A DNA stretch of 64,000 bases from assembly GCA_964560525.1 (NCBI GenBank), contig CAZLLO010000001.1:78651-142650 (forward strand). The letters run 5' to 3'. Both the position numbers and the translations under genes were made by a program. The notes beneath the pieces were generated by a model. That model had not been told where the DNA came from. It did no database searches and saw nothing but the letters and a program-made list of their open reading frames with translations. Below, piece by piece: positions 37,404 to 46,185 of this stretch (its first letter is position 1; the number at the start of each line of letters is the position of its first letter). The DNA is from an uncultured Candidatus Saccharibacteria bacterium. Lineage in GTDB: Bacteria > Patescibacteriota > Dojkabacteria > SC72.

Positions 37404-38957
37404 TTAATTCTTTTCAACCTTCTCTTCCTTTTTTACTGTTTCTTTGAATTTGACTTTGTCCTTGTATATCTCCTTTGTAGTATTCTCTACCTCTATTCTC
37501 ATAGGTGGGAAGAATATACCCTCTCTACCAGAAACATCTTCTAAGAACCAGAATATTCTTTCACTCTGACCATAACCACTAGTAGGTGGCATACCATATT
37601 CCAACATTTCAACAAAATCAATATCTAACATCTGAGCCTCATCGTCCCCACTCTCTCTTAAAGCCTGTTGTTCCAAGAATCTATCTAACTGATCTTGGGG
37701 ATCATTAATCTCAGAGTATCCGTTACCTAATTCACTACCCGCAATTATTACCTGGAATCTTTCTGTCAATTCAGGATTATCCTGATGTGATTTTGCTAAA
37801 GGAGAGACAAATTTAGGTTGATTCACTAAAAATGCAGGACCAGATATTGTAGCCCTAATAGCTTTCCAAAGCGTATCAATCAATCTATTTCTGTTTACTT
37901 CTCCACCCATCTCGATATGATTATCCTCGATTACCTTTAGCATTTTCTCATCCGAATCATTAAATATATCAATATCAAATCTTTCCTTAATTATTGTTGT
38001 GTAATCCAACTCTTTCCATTCATCTGCTAAATCAAATGTATGACCTCTTGTTGTAAACTTGGTTCTACCATACACCTTGTTAGCTACCTCTAAGAACAAT
38101 CTTTTTACTAAATCCATATTATCTCTGTAGTTAGCATATGCCCAATACCATTCAATATCTTGGAATTCTGGAAGATGTTCATCATCCATACCTTCATTTC
38201 TGAAGTTAGGACCAAATGTATATACCTTCTCATATCCACCACCTATTAACCTCTTTTGATACAATTCTGTAGAAATCCTTAAAAAGAAATCCTGATTTAA
38301 AGCATTATGATGTGTAACGAATGGCCTAGCATCTGCACCACCGGTTATAGCTTCCATTACAGGTACTTCAACTTCTATAAAGCCTTCGCTCCTTAAAAGA
38401 TCTCTTTGAACCTGCCAGAATTGTGCTTTCCTCTTAAACATTTCAAAAACATCTTTGTCAACAACCAAATCCAAATATCTTCTTCTAAAAATCTGCTCTT
38501 TGTTTTCTAATTTTCGTGGAATTGGTCTTAATGCTTTAGTAAGCAATCTAATATTTTTAACCATAACTGATATTTCACCTGTTTTGGTTTTACCAATAGT
38601 GCCATATACTTCTATGAAATCTGCTAAATCCAAAAGTGTAAGTTTATCAAATCCTAAATATCCCTTTGTTAGATCTTCAACCAATTCATTCTCTCTGATC
38701 ATAATCTGGATAGTTCCTGTTTGATCCATGATATTTCCAAACAAAAGCTGGCCATGTTCTCTCCAAGCTACCACTCTACCCGCAAGGCATACTTCTTGCC
38801 CTTCGTATTTCTCAAAGTTGTTCAATATTTCCCCATTTGGAAATTGTTTATATGACTTCGCAGGATATATCTCCACACCTAACTTCTTGAGTGCTTCGAT
38901 CTTTTCTAATCTTACTTGCCTTTGTCCGAGCATGTCACTCCTTTGTGTATCCTCCAT
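37404..38957 (-). CDS. lysS: Lysyl-tRNA synthetase, class II
   Basis: N-terminal OB anticodon-binding domain. Class II motifs FRNEGMDDEHLPEFQ and GGGYEKVY region. K/E-rich C-terminal tail. Confidence 0.85.
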   Translation of the reverse strand: MEDTQRSDMLGQRQVRLEKIEALKKLGVEIYPAKSYKQFPNGEILNNFEKYEGQEVCLAGRVVAWREHGQLLFGNIMDQTGTIQIMIRENELVEDLTKGYLGFDKLTLLDLADFIEVYGTIGKTKTGEISVMVKNIRLLTKALRPIPRKLENKEQIFRRRYLDLVVDKDVFEMFKRKAQFWQVQRDLLRSEGFIEVEVPVMEAITGGADARPFVTHHNALNQDFFLRISTELYQKRLIGGGYEKVYTFGPNFRNEGMDDEHLPEFQDIEWYWAYANYRDNMDLVKRLFLEVANKVYGRTKFTTRGHTFDLADEWKELDYTTIIKERFDIDIFNDSDEKMLKVIEDNHIEMGGEVNRNRLIDTLWKAIRATISGPAFLVNQPKFVSPLAKSHQDNPELTERFQVIIAGSELGNGYSEINDPQDQLDRFLEQQALRESGDDEAQMLDIDFVEMLEYGMPPTSGYGQSERIFWFLEDVSGREGIFFPPMRIEVENTTKEIYKDKVKFKETVKKEEKVEKN

Positions 38958-39065
38958 GGGAACGAATCATATAATTTAAGATAGTAGGATTATATCACAT
39001 AAAGAATCTGTCCTTACACAAGATTTTAAGATATAATCAGAAATATTAATTTCATCTGTAGACCT

Positions 39066-40349
39066 ATGGAAGATCTTCTACAAAAAGTCACATCCCTCTG
39101 CAAAAGAAGAGGCATTATATTTCAAAACTCTGAAATATATGGTGGTATTGGAGGATTCTATGACTATGGCCCTGTAGGTGTAGAGATGAAGAACAACTAC
39201 AAAAGGTACTGGTGGAAATTCATGGTCGACAAACGAGAGAATGTAGTTGGAATTGATGGAACAATTATCACACATCCTAAAGTTTGGGAAGCATCTGGCC
39301 ATGTAAAAAGTTTTGGCGATGAAGCTGTTGAATGTAAAAAATGTCACTCAAGATTCAGACCTGAAGATATTGATGGTAAATGTCCTAAATGTGGAGGAAC
39401 AGAGTTTACAGAAGCAAAAAAATACAATCTTCTTTTCAATACTGAAATTGGTGTTATTGAAGGAGAAAAATTACCAGCATATCTAAGAGGTGAAGCATGT
39501 CAAACAATATATCTTGATTTCAAAAATGTCGTTGATTCTACAAGACAACAAATTCCTTTCGGTATAGCACAAATTGGTAAAGCTTTTAGAAATGAAATTA
39601 CTCCAAACAAATTTACATTTAGAACCAGAGAATTCGAGCAATGGGATCTCCAGTATTTTGTAAAGCCAGAAGATATGCAAAAGACTTTTGAATATTGGAA
39701 AGAAGAAAGAATGAGATTTTACAAAGGATTGTTTAGAAACCAAGATAGCCTAAGATTCTACCAACATCCTAAAGACAAGTTAGTCTTCTATGCGAAAGAT
39801 GCATATGATATTGAATATTTAGCACCATGGGGTTGGGCTGAAGCAGAAGGTATACATTGGAGAGGTGATTACGATCTAACACAACATAGTAAATTTTCTG
39901 GTAAGGATTTGTCATATACTGATCCTCAAACAGGTGAGAAATACATGCCAAATATTGTAGAAACCTCAGGTGGTGTAGATAGGACATTCTTGTTCTTACT
40001 CTTAGATTCATACGAGGAAGAAACACTACCAAATGGAGAGATACGAACAGTATTGAAGATTAATCCAGAAATAGCTGCATACAAAGCTGCAGTATTCCCA
40101 TTGGTTTCTAACAAAGAAGAAATTGTTAATAAAGCTAGAGAAATATTTGAAAAGCTTACAGATACCAAGAAAGTTGTATGGGATGCTAGAGGAAATATTG
40201 GTAAAAGATACCGATATCAGGACGAGATCGGGACTCCATACTGTATAACTGTTGATTACCAAACGTTAGAAGATAACACAGTAACAGTCAGAGATAGAGA
40301 TACAATGGAGCAAAAGCGAGTTAAGATTGAAGAGTTAGCAAACCTTTAG
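39066..40349 (+). CDS. glyQS: Glycyl-tRNA synthetase, alpha2 (archaeal/eukaryal-like) type
   Basis: N-terminus CKRRGIIFQNSEIYGGIGGFYDYGPVG. Zn-binding insert C..C...C..C. Class II motifs FRNEITP and FEQWDLQYF. Confidence 0.8.
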   Translation: MEDLLQKVTSLCKRRGIIFQNSEIYGGIGGFYDYGPVGVEMKNNYKRYWWKFMVDKRENVVGIDGTIITHPKVWEASGHVKSFGDEAVECKKCHSRFRPEDIDGKCPKCGGTEFTEAKKYNLLFNTEIGVIEGEKLPAYLRGEACQTIYLDFKNVVDSTRQQIPFGIAQIGKAFRNEITPNKFTFRTREFEQWDLQYFVKPEDMQKTFEYWKEERMRFYKGLFRNQDSLRFYQHPKDKLVFYAKDAYDIEYLAPWGWAEAEGIHWRGDYDLTQHSKFSGKDLSYTDPQTGEKYMPNIVETSGGVDRTFLFLLLDSYEEETLPNGEIRTVLKINPEIAAYKAAVFPLVSNKEEIVNKAREIFEKLTDTKKVVWDARGNIGKRYRYQDEIGTPYCITVDYQTLEDNTVTVRDRDTMEQKRVKIEELANL

Positions 40350-40799
40350 AATCTTATACTCAATAGATCTACCATTAACTTTAAAGGTAACGACTGCACC
40401 CTCCTTGCCTTTCATCAAAGCTTTTCCCAGTGGAGATTTATCTGAGATATATCCTTTTGCAGGATCTGATTCTAACGAAGCCACGATGGTTAGTTTCTGT
40501 TGTTTTCCACTGTTTTGAACAGTTAGCTCAGTTCCGATACCAATATAGCTTGGATTACAGGCATTCTTTGTTATAACTTCAGAATTAGCAAGAATATCCT
40601 TAATCTCTAATATTCTATCCTCTACTGACTCTTTTTCCTCTAACATAACACTTAAATCATCAGTATCTTCACTCAAATCATTTTGTCGCGCATGCTCTAA
40701 TACAGCAGAAATCTCTGGTCGTTTCTTCTCCTCCAAGTCCTTTAATTCTTTCTCTAACTCTTCTCGCTTGTCCTTACTAAGCATTAATTTCTTTTTCAT
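40335..40799 (-). CDS. GreA-family transcript cleavage factor paralog, with a divergent coiled-coil tip
   Basis: N-terminal coiled coil plus a C-terminal FKBP-like domain (SDKSPLGKALMGKKEGAVV). The tip reads DLSEDTDDL; canonical GreA has DLxENAEY. Confidence 0.6.
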   Translation of the reverse strand: MKKKLMLSKDKREELEKELKDLEEKKRPEISAVLEHARQNDLSEDTDDLSVMLEEKESVEDRILEIKDILANSEVITKNACNPSYIGIGTELTVQNSGKQQKLTIVASLESDPAKGYISDKSPLGKALMKGKEGAVVTFKVNGRSIEYKILKVC

Positions 40800-40869
40800 A
40801 TTTTTGGGTTCTTAATTTAGAACTCTATAGTATATTATATAGCCTATGAAAACATTATGTAATATAGCC

Positions 40870-41535
40870 CTAATTTCTACCTATTAGAGGCTTTTGAGAG
40901 GTTCTCCATTTTTTAATTTCCTTGTGATTTCCAGAAAGTAATACATCTGGTACCTTCCAACCATTGAAATCTATTGGTCTAGTATATTGAGGATAGTCCA
41001 ATGTCACACCATCATTAAAAGACTCTTCGCTTAATGATTCTTCGTTACCTAATACTCCTGGAAGTAATCTCGTAATTCCATCTACAAGTACTAGTGATGC
41101 TAATTCTCCACCAGAGAGTACATAATCCCCTATAGAGAATTCATAATCTACAAGATTGTCATGTATTCTTTGATCAAATCCTTCATATCTTCCACAAAGA
41201 ATAATCATGTGAAGATCAGATTTAGTTGAAAAATCTTTTAGCTTACTTTGTACCAATTTCTCTCCCTTAGGTGTTGTAATAGCTACGATGGTATTTTCTT
41301 TTTTTAAATCTTGAATTGCTCTATATATGGGTTCTACCTTTAATACCATTCCTGGTCCTCCACCACATGGGGTATCGTCTACTGTTTTATGATTATCTTC
41401 TGCCCAATCTCTTAGATTGTGTACGTTAATTTCAACCAAACCTTTTTCTTTGGCTATTCCTACTACACCTGTATTTATATATTCTTCCACAATATTGGGG
41501 AAGATTGTTAGGATATCAAATTTCATAGATCTCAA
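40870..41535 (-). CDS. trmD: tRNA (guanine37-N1)-methyltransferase
   Basis: MKFDILTIFP...; SPOUT knot motifs GGGPGMVLK and ILCGRYEGFDQR. The true start is probably the MKFD Met at 41526. Confidence 0.8.
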   Translation of the reverse strand: MRSMKFDILTIFPNIVEEYINTGVVGIAKEKGLVEINVHNLRDWAEDNHKTVDDTPCGGGPGMVLKVEPIYRAIQDLKKENTIVAITTPKGEKLVQSKLKDFSTKSDLHMIILCGRYEGFDQRIHDNLVDYEFSIGDYVLSGGELASLVLVDGITRLLPGVLGNEESLSEESFNDGVTLDYPQYTRPIDFNGWKVPDVLLSGNHKEIKKWRTSQKPLIGRN

Positions 41536-41793
41536 CTACAAATTAAAAAATTTCTTAGCAATTGCAAACGCTAAATTGGCTAGAATTGTTGCTAAAGTCG
41601 TAGCACCAAATAGTAATAAGAACGTATTCCAAGGTTTCTCTACTAACTTTTCCATTATAGATAAAAATCTGTCAATTCGTCTTCCATACAATTCTTCCTT
41701 TGCTACACGATAGCAAATACTATCTACCTCTGCATTTGTGCCATTAATCCAAAGTTTCAAATTTTCATCGGTACATTTACTAAAATCTTCCAC
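41536..41793 (-). CDS. Hypothetical small C-terminally anchored membrane protein
   Basis: 85-aa ORF whose stop overlaps the trmD start. C-terminal TM helix. Confidence 0.3.
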   Translation of the reverse strand: MEDFSKCTDENLKLWINGTNAEVDSICYRVAKEELYGRRIDRFLSIMEKLVEKPWNTFLLLFGATTLATILANLAFAIAKKFFNL

Positions 41794-41864
41794 AATATAA
41801 TAAAAATAAGTTTAATACATTATTATAACTTTTTGTCGCAAACCTCTTTAGAAAAAATAAACTA

Positions 41865-41939
41865 TGGTACCGCTACGGGGAATCGGACCCCGGTTGTATG
41901 ATTGAGAATCATATGTCCTAACCGTTAGACGATAGCGGC
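41865..41939 (-). tRNA. tRNA-Glu (anticodon CUC) with genomically encoded CCA
   Basis: Minus strand: GCCGCTA-TC-GTC-TAACGGTTAG-GAC-A-TATGA-TTCTCAA-TCATA-CAAC-CGGGG-TCCGATT-CCCCG-TAGCGGT-A-CCA. The D-arm is Glu-type. The T-loop reads TCCGATT, an unusual C at position 55. There is a G1-U72 wobble. Confidence 0.7.
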
Positions 41940-41984
41940 ATTACGGCTGTAATTCTACCATATTAGGACCTATTTTTGCACCTA

Positions 41985-42013
41985 TTGACATTGTATATGG
42001 CTCATAATATTAT
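41985..42013 (+). promoter_or_regulatory. Sigma-70-like promoter for greA
   Basis: TTGACA, 17 nt spacer, TATTAT. Lies about 35 nt upstream of the greA start codon. Confidence 0.35.
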
Positions 42014-42047
42014 GTCTGGTTACTATTAAATTTAGTGTTCCCTATAT

Positions 42048-42506
42048 ATGGGTGAAAACATATATCAGACTACACTGGCCGGTCTTAAAAAACTAAAAGA
42101 TGAATTAATACACAGAGAGAATGTGTTAAGACAGGATATTGCAAATATTCTAAACGAGATGAGAAATCAAGGAGATCTAAAAGAGAATGATGGATATTCT
42201 ATGGCTATAGAGAATCAACAGATAAATGAAGATAGGATATTGGAATTAAAGACAAAGATTAAGGGTGCAAAGGTTGTTAAAGATGACAACAAAGGTATTG
42301 TTGGAATTGGAGATACTGTAACCTTGAAAGGTAGCAAAACTATAAAGTATGAAATAACCAGCGAGGATGATGCTAACCCACTTGAAGGAAAAATCTCTCA
42401 TCTTTCCCCTATCGGAAAAGCTATTATGGGGAAGAAACTTAAAGCAGAAGTAGTTATTGTCACACCAAAAGGAGAAACTAAGTACACAGTAGAAGCTATT
42501 GCTTAG
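42048..42506 (+). CDS. greA: Transcription elongation factor GreA (canonical)
   Basis: The coiled-coil tip GDLKENDGY keeps the catalytic Asp and Glu. C-terminal ISHLSPIGKAIMGKKLKAEV. Confidence 0.75.
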   Translation: MGENIYQTTLAGLKKLKDELIHRENVLRQDIANILNEMRNQGDLKENDGYSMAIENQQINEDRILELKTKIKGAKVVKDDNKGIVGIGDTVTLKGSKTIKYEITSEDDANPLEGKISHLSPIGKAIMGKKLKAEVVIVTPKGETKYTVEAIA

Positions 42507-43204
42507 TGTATTAAGGTCCCTTCTTGTAGAATCGCTTCCACAGTAGGTTTTGCTTGCAATGATTTCCCACCACAGATGAAAAATGATATCCCCTTATTCT
42601 TGCAGAATTGAGCACATGCAACATCAATTGGAATTTTCCCGTTGGCTTGTGGCATATCTCCCTCTACAATATTAAAAAGCTTGAAATATTGAGCCCAAGT
42701 TAGATCTTTAAAGGGCATAGCTTGTGGATTCACAGAAGGATCTGAATCATATACATAATCAATATTACTAATTTTGTAAACGATATTAATATCCAGCATA
42801 TCAGCATATGCTGCAGCATCCATATCACTACTCCATCCAGACTTTAATCCTCCGCTAATCATTGTTTTATTCTTCTCTTCTGCTAAAAATTCATACGCAT
42901 CGCCTAATCTTTTAGGTATATACGATTCGGAATCTTCTAAATATCCTTGTATCATTGCTGCATTTGTTTGAGTAACAGACATAGCAATATTATGAAGATA
43001 GTCTTCTCCACCAATTGACCCTGCTATTTTATTTTGAAACTCACGAGAAAGTTCTCCCCCTCCTGTTACAAATACGATTTTCTCCAATCTATCCTTGATA
43101 TTGTAATACCATGTTTTTACTTTGTTCAACAACATAAAGTTAACCTCCAAACTATTGTTGTACAGAACAGAGCCACCAATTTTTAAAACAATTTTTGTAT
43201 CCAC
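42503..43204 (-). CDS. pyrH: Amino-acid-kinase family protein, probably archaeal-type UMP kinase
   Basis: IVLKIGGSVL, VFVTGGG, SGGLKSGWSSDMDAAAYA and YVYDSDP motifs parallel archaeal PyrH. 233 aa. Confidence 0.55.
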   Translation of the reverse strand: MDTKIVLKIGGSVLYNNSLEVNFMLLNKVKTWYYNIKDRLEKIVFVTGGGELSREFQNKIAGSIGGEDYLHNIAMSVTQTNAAMIQGYLEDSESYIPKRLGDAYEFLAEEKNKTMISGGLKSGWSSDMDAAAYADMLDINIVYKISNIDYVYDSDPSVNPQAMPFKDLTWAQYFKLFNIVEGDMPQANGKIPIDVACAQFCKNKGISFFICGGKSLQAKPTVEAILQEGTLIH

Positions 43205-44001
43205 TAGATTGTTAATATTAAAGTTAAGGCTAAGGCAACATACAAGAATGGTAAGATATAGTCAGAAAAATGGGTTTTTCCAGAGAATCGTACATTCCAT
43301 ATTGAGATTACTAGATAGAAGGCTAAACCACTTACGGCTGGGATTACAAAAATATTTGTATTCCAGAAAATAAAGGTAAGGACAGACACGAATAACGCAC
43401 TTAATATTGAGATACCCAGTTCTGTTAAGCCAAGTCTTTCATGCAATTTCAAAGAAAATGCGAGTAATACTAATGCTGTTACAAAAAGAAATATCACAAA
43501 GAGATATGATGGGAGCCCTATTCTCACATATACATTGGTTAGTAAATATAGAATGGAAATACAGATAAAATCAAAGATTGCGCGGGTTGCGCTAGCAATT
43601 GAATATATTTTATTCAAAGAGCTTTTTACATTTAAGAAAAGAATCAAGAAAAGTACCATACACACTCCCATTACAACATATCCTAAGGTTAAATTCCTAT
43701 TAAAATACAAGAATGCAAGCAAAGAGATATAGAAAACTAATGGTAGAACAAAGTATCCAAAGAACCTTTCTTTTAGGGATATTCTAACTATTACATCACT
43801 GTATTTGGATACCTTTTTACCAGAATATATGGAAAACGTACGTATGAACCATGTTTCTAAGAGCAAGATACCCAATACCCCCACGAGTATTAATATCCCA
43901 CCTTTTACATACGGAGACATATAGCTAAAAACCTCTGTAACAAAGAGTAAAATGAATAGATATATAATATCGTTTTGTACTTTTAACTTGTATTTTTTCA
44001 C
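43204..44001 (-). CDS. Hypothetical polytopic membrane protein
   Basis: About eight TM helices. No motif. Confidence 0.3.
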   Translation of the reverse strand: MKKYKLKVQNDIIYLFILLFVTEVFSYMSPYVKGGILILVGVLGILLLETWFIRTFSIYSGKKVSKYSDVIVRISLKERFFGYFVLPLVFYISLLAFLYFNRNLTLGYVVMGVCMVLFLILFLNVKSSLNKIYSIASATRAIFDFICISILYLLTNVYVRIGLPSYLFVIFLFVTALVLLAFSLKLHERLGLTELGISILSALFVSVLTFIFWNTNIFVIPAVSGLAFYLVISIWNVRFSGKTHFSDYILPFLYVALALTLILTI

Positions 44002-44014
44002 TGGGCAGCAAATT

Positions 44015-45388
44015 TTAGTTTATTAAACCTGTAAAGCCATTAAATATTGCAACTGTTAAGATTAACCACCATGTCCCTACTGTAAATAAATCACCCGTTA
44101 TTTCTTTTAGCTTTCCTTTTTTCCAATATACAAATATTTCAATACATAATAACACAAAGACTAATGACACTATTGCGATGCTAACCTTGTCACCGATATT
44201 TGAATTAGCTATAGAAAGAATAATACTATCCCCTTTCACATCCGCTTGAAAATACTCAGAAATATCTAGCTCCGAAATGTTACCAACCGCATCAGAAGCC
44301 ATAATCACTACTTTATTACCAAGGCCATTTACAGGAATAGATACTGTTATATTCCCTTTATCTTCCGATGTAATTGGAATAGGTGTTGCACCATTTATTA
44401 TCCTCAAATCTGTCCACGTAGTATCTATTTTGAAAGTTAAAATGTATGCATCATTTTCCTTTTTTACACTAATTGAAGCCTTATCTATCACAGGAGCGGT
44501 AGAATCTACTGTAAAGCTTACAGTATCTGAGACACTGCTTTCACCTTTTACAGAAGCTTGCACCTTGTGTGTACCTTCAGCCCAATCGCTATCTTTGTTA
44601 AATTCCCAATAATCACTATTGGAAGATACTTCTCCAACTAATTTTGAATTATCTGAAACCTCAACTGAGTATTTACCATCAATATTACCAACTTCCCCAT
44701 TAATATTTACTCCTGGATCCGTAATAACTGCAGACTCGGCAGGAGATGTGATCATAATGCTTTTAATATCTCCATGCTCACTTCCAACAACTGTGTTTCC
44801 CGAAGAAGAAGTCTTTGTACCTGTCGAAGATCCTACCTCTTGGGTAAGATTTCCAAACATTTGAACAACAAGAGTCGTCTGTTTCCCAAGCAAAACTCCT
44901 TGTACAATAGCAACTCCAATATCTTTGTAGTTAGCACTCATGATATTTGCAGCATGTGTTGGGCTTGCCATCCAAGCCTCATGTACACCCTCTGAAGTTT
45001 GAAACCCTTTAGCAAGATTTTCCCCTGCATACACGTAGTTGTATTCTTCTGCACGTATAAATTGCCATGGTGTTTCTCCATTGGGACCAAAATGGTCCCA
45101 GTATTGTTCCTCAAACATGTTATTTGCCTTCGCTAGAGCCGCTGCAGATAGTCTAGAATCAATATTTAAAGTATTTAATCCAGATGCAGCTCTCTCTTGG
45201 TTTGTGAGCTTTACGATGTTCTCAGGGGTTATGTTACTAGCTTCTACTTTCGATATTCCAAGAAAACCTCCAAAACTATTTACAAATATCAAAAGGAAAG
45301 TATAGGCAACGATTGCAACCTTTCTAAGAAGATACGGTTTGTAGTTATTATGTTTGGTTGGAATAAACAGGTTCTTCATATTGGGCAT
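44015..45388 (-). CDS. Cell-surface CAP/SCP (YkwD-like) domain protein with Ig-like beta domains and a C-terminal TM anchor
   Basis: N-terminal TM helix. CAP signature GHYTQVVW-like region EAWMASPTHAANIM...YKDIGVAIV. C-terminal hydrophobic anchor. Confidence 0.55.
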   Translation of the reverse strand: MPNMKNLFIPTKHNNYKPYLLRKVAIVAYTFLLIFVNSFGGFLGISKVEASNITPENIVKLTNQERAASGLNTLNIDSRLSAAALAKANNMFEEQYWDHFGPNGETPWQFIRAEEYNYVYAGENLAKGFQTSEGVHEAWMASPTHAANIMSANYKDIGVAIVQGVLLGKQTTLVVQMFGNLTQEVGSSTGTKTSSSGNTVVGSEHGDIKSIMITSPAESAVITDPGVNINGEVGNIDGKYSVEVSDNSKLVGEVSSNSDYWEFNKDSDWAEGTHKVQASVKGESSVSDTVSFTVDSTAPVIDKASISVKKENDAYILTFKIDTTWTDLRIINGATPIPITSEDKGNITVSIPVNGLGNKVVIMASDAVGNISELDISEYFQADVKGDSIILSIANSNIGDKVSIAIVSLVFVLLCIEIFVYWKKGKLKEITGDLFTVGTWWLILTVAIFNGFTGLIN

Positions 45389-45460
45389 TTAAGATATTTC
45401 TTTAGTTTAAGATATTTAAAGGAAATAGTCGAGTCCTTAAACACAATTATCTTAAGTATT

Positions 45461-45497
45461 AAAAGCAAAAAGGACTCATTTTATTGAGTCCTTTTTA
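45461..45497 (-). terminator. Intrinsic terminator downstream of hup
   Basis: Hairpin AGGACTCA-TTTTAT-TGAGTCCT, flanked by A and T runs. Confidence 0.5.
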
Positions 45498-45528
45498 TTC
45501 CTTATCTGCAAATAAATACCAGCGGTAC

Positions 45529-45798
45529 TTACTTTACTGCAGCTTTCAAAGCTTTTCCAGGTTTGAATGCTGGAACTTTGGTTTCAGGTAACTTGATCTT
45601 AGCAAGAGTTTTTGGATTGATTCCAGTTCTTGCTGCTCTTGTTCTGACTTCGAATTTACCGAAACCAGTTAAAAGAACAGGTTCACCATCTTTAAGAGAA
45701 CCAGAGATTGCCTCGAGGACTGCGTCCAAAGCATCACCTGCTTGTCTCTTTGTTAAACCTGTTGATGCAATTTTATCAACTAAATCTTTTTTTAACAT
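45529..45798 (-). CDS. hup: DNA-binding protein HU
   Basis: 89 aa. The GFGKFEVRTRAARTGINPKT arm motif is present. AGGAGG RBS 7 nt upstream. Confidence 0.85.
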   Translation of the reverse strand: MLKKDLVDKIASTGLTKRQAGDALDAVLEAISGSLKDGEPVLLTGFGKFEVRTRAARTGINPKTLAKIKLPETKVPAFKPGKALKAAVK

Positions 45799-46111
45799 GA
45801 CGATGGCCTCCTTTCTTTTGAGATACTACACACAGATGCTTAAAATTAATAAGATTTCTGTGCATATCCACATTAAAAATATGTTATATCAAGCTAATCG
45901 TCAAGCATCCTACTTACTACAGGGCAGGTTGACAAGTGTACAAAAACTTTGTCATGTTAAGCTTTCTTGATGATTTAACTTTTTAAACACATGCCGTAGG
46001 CAAAGATTGTGAAAAACCATAAGAATACATCATTTATGCCGTCATTCCAGCATTTCCTCATTTTAGTATGAATGTTTCATTCTCCATTAAAAAGCATTGG
46101 GGTCTTGGTAT

Positions 46112-46149
46112 ATCTATGAAAAAGGGGAAGCATATAATTCTACTTCCCC
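46112..46149 (-). terminator. Intrinsic terminator downstream of rny
   Basis: On the minus strand: GGGGAAG-TAGAATTATATG-CTTCCCC, followed by TTTTTC. Confidence 0.55.
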
Positions 46150-46185
46150 TATAGCATTCACAACTAGAAGCTGTGCTACAAATGG

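Noticed and set aside
39078-40262. Cluster of 78-89-aa minus-strand ORFs inside glyQS
   Set aside because: They are antisense shadow ORFs of a well-supported plus-strand GlyRS gene.
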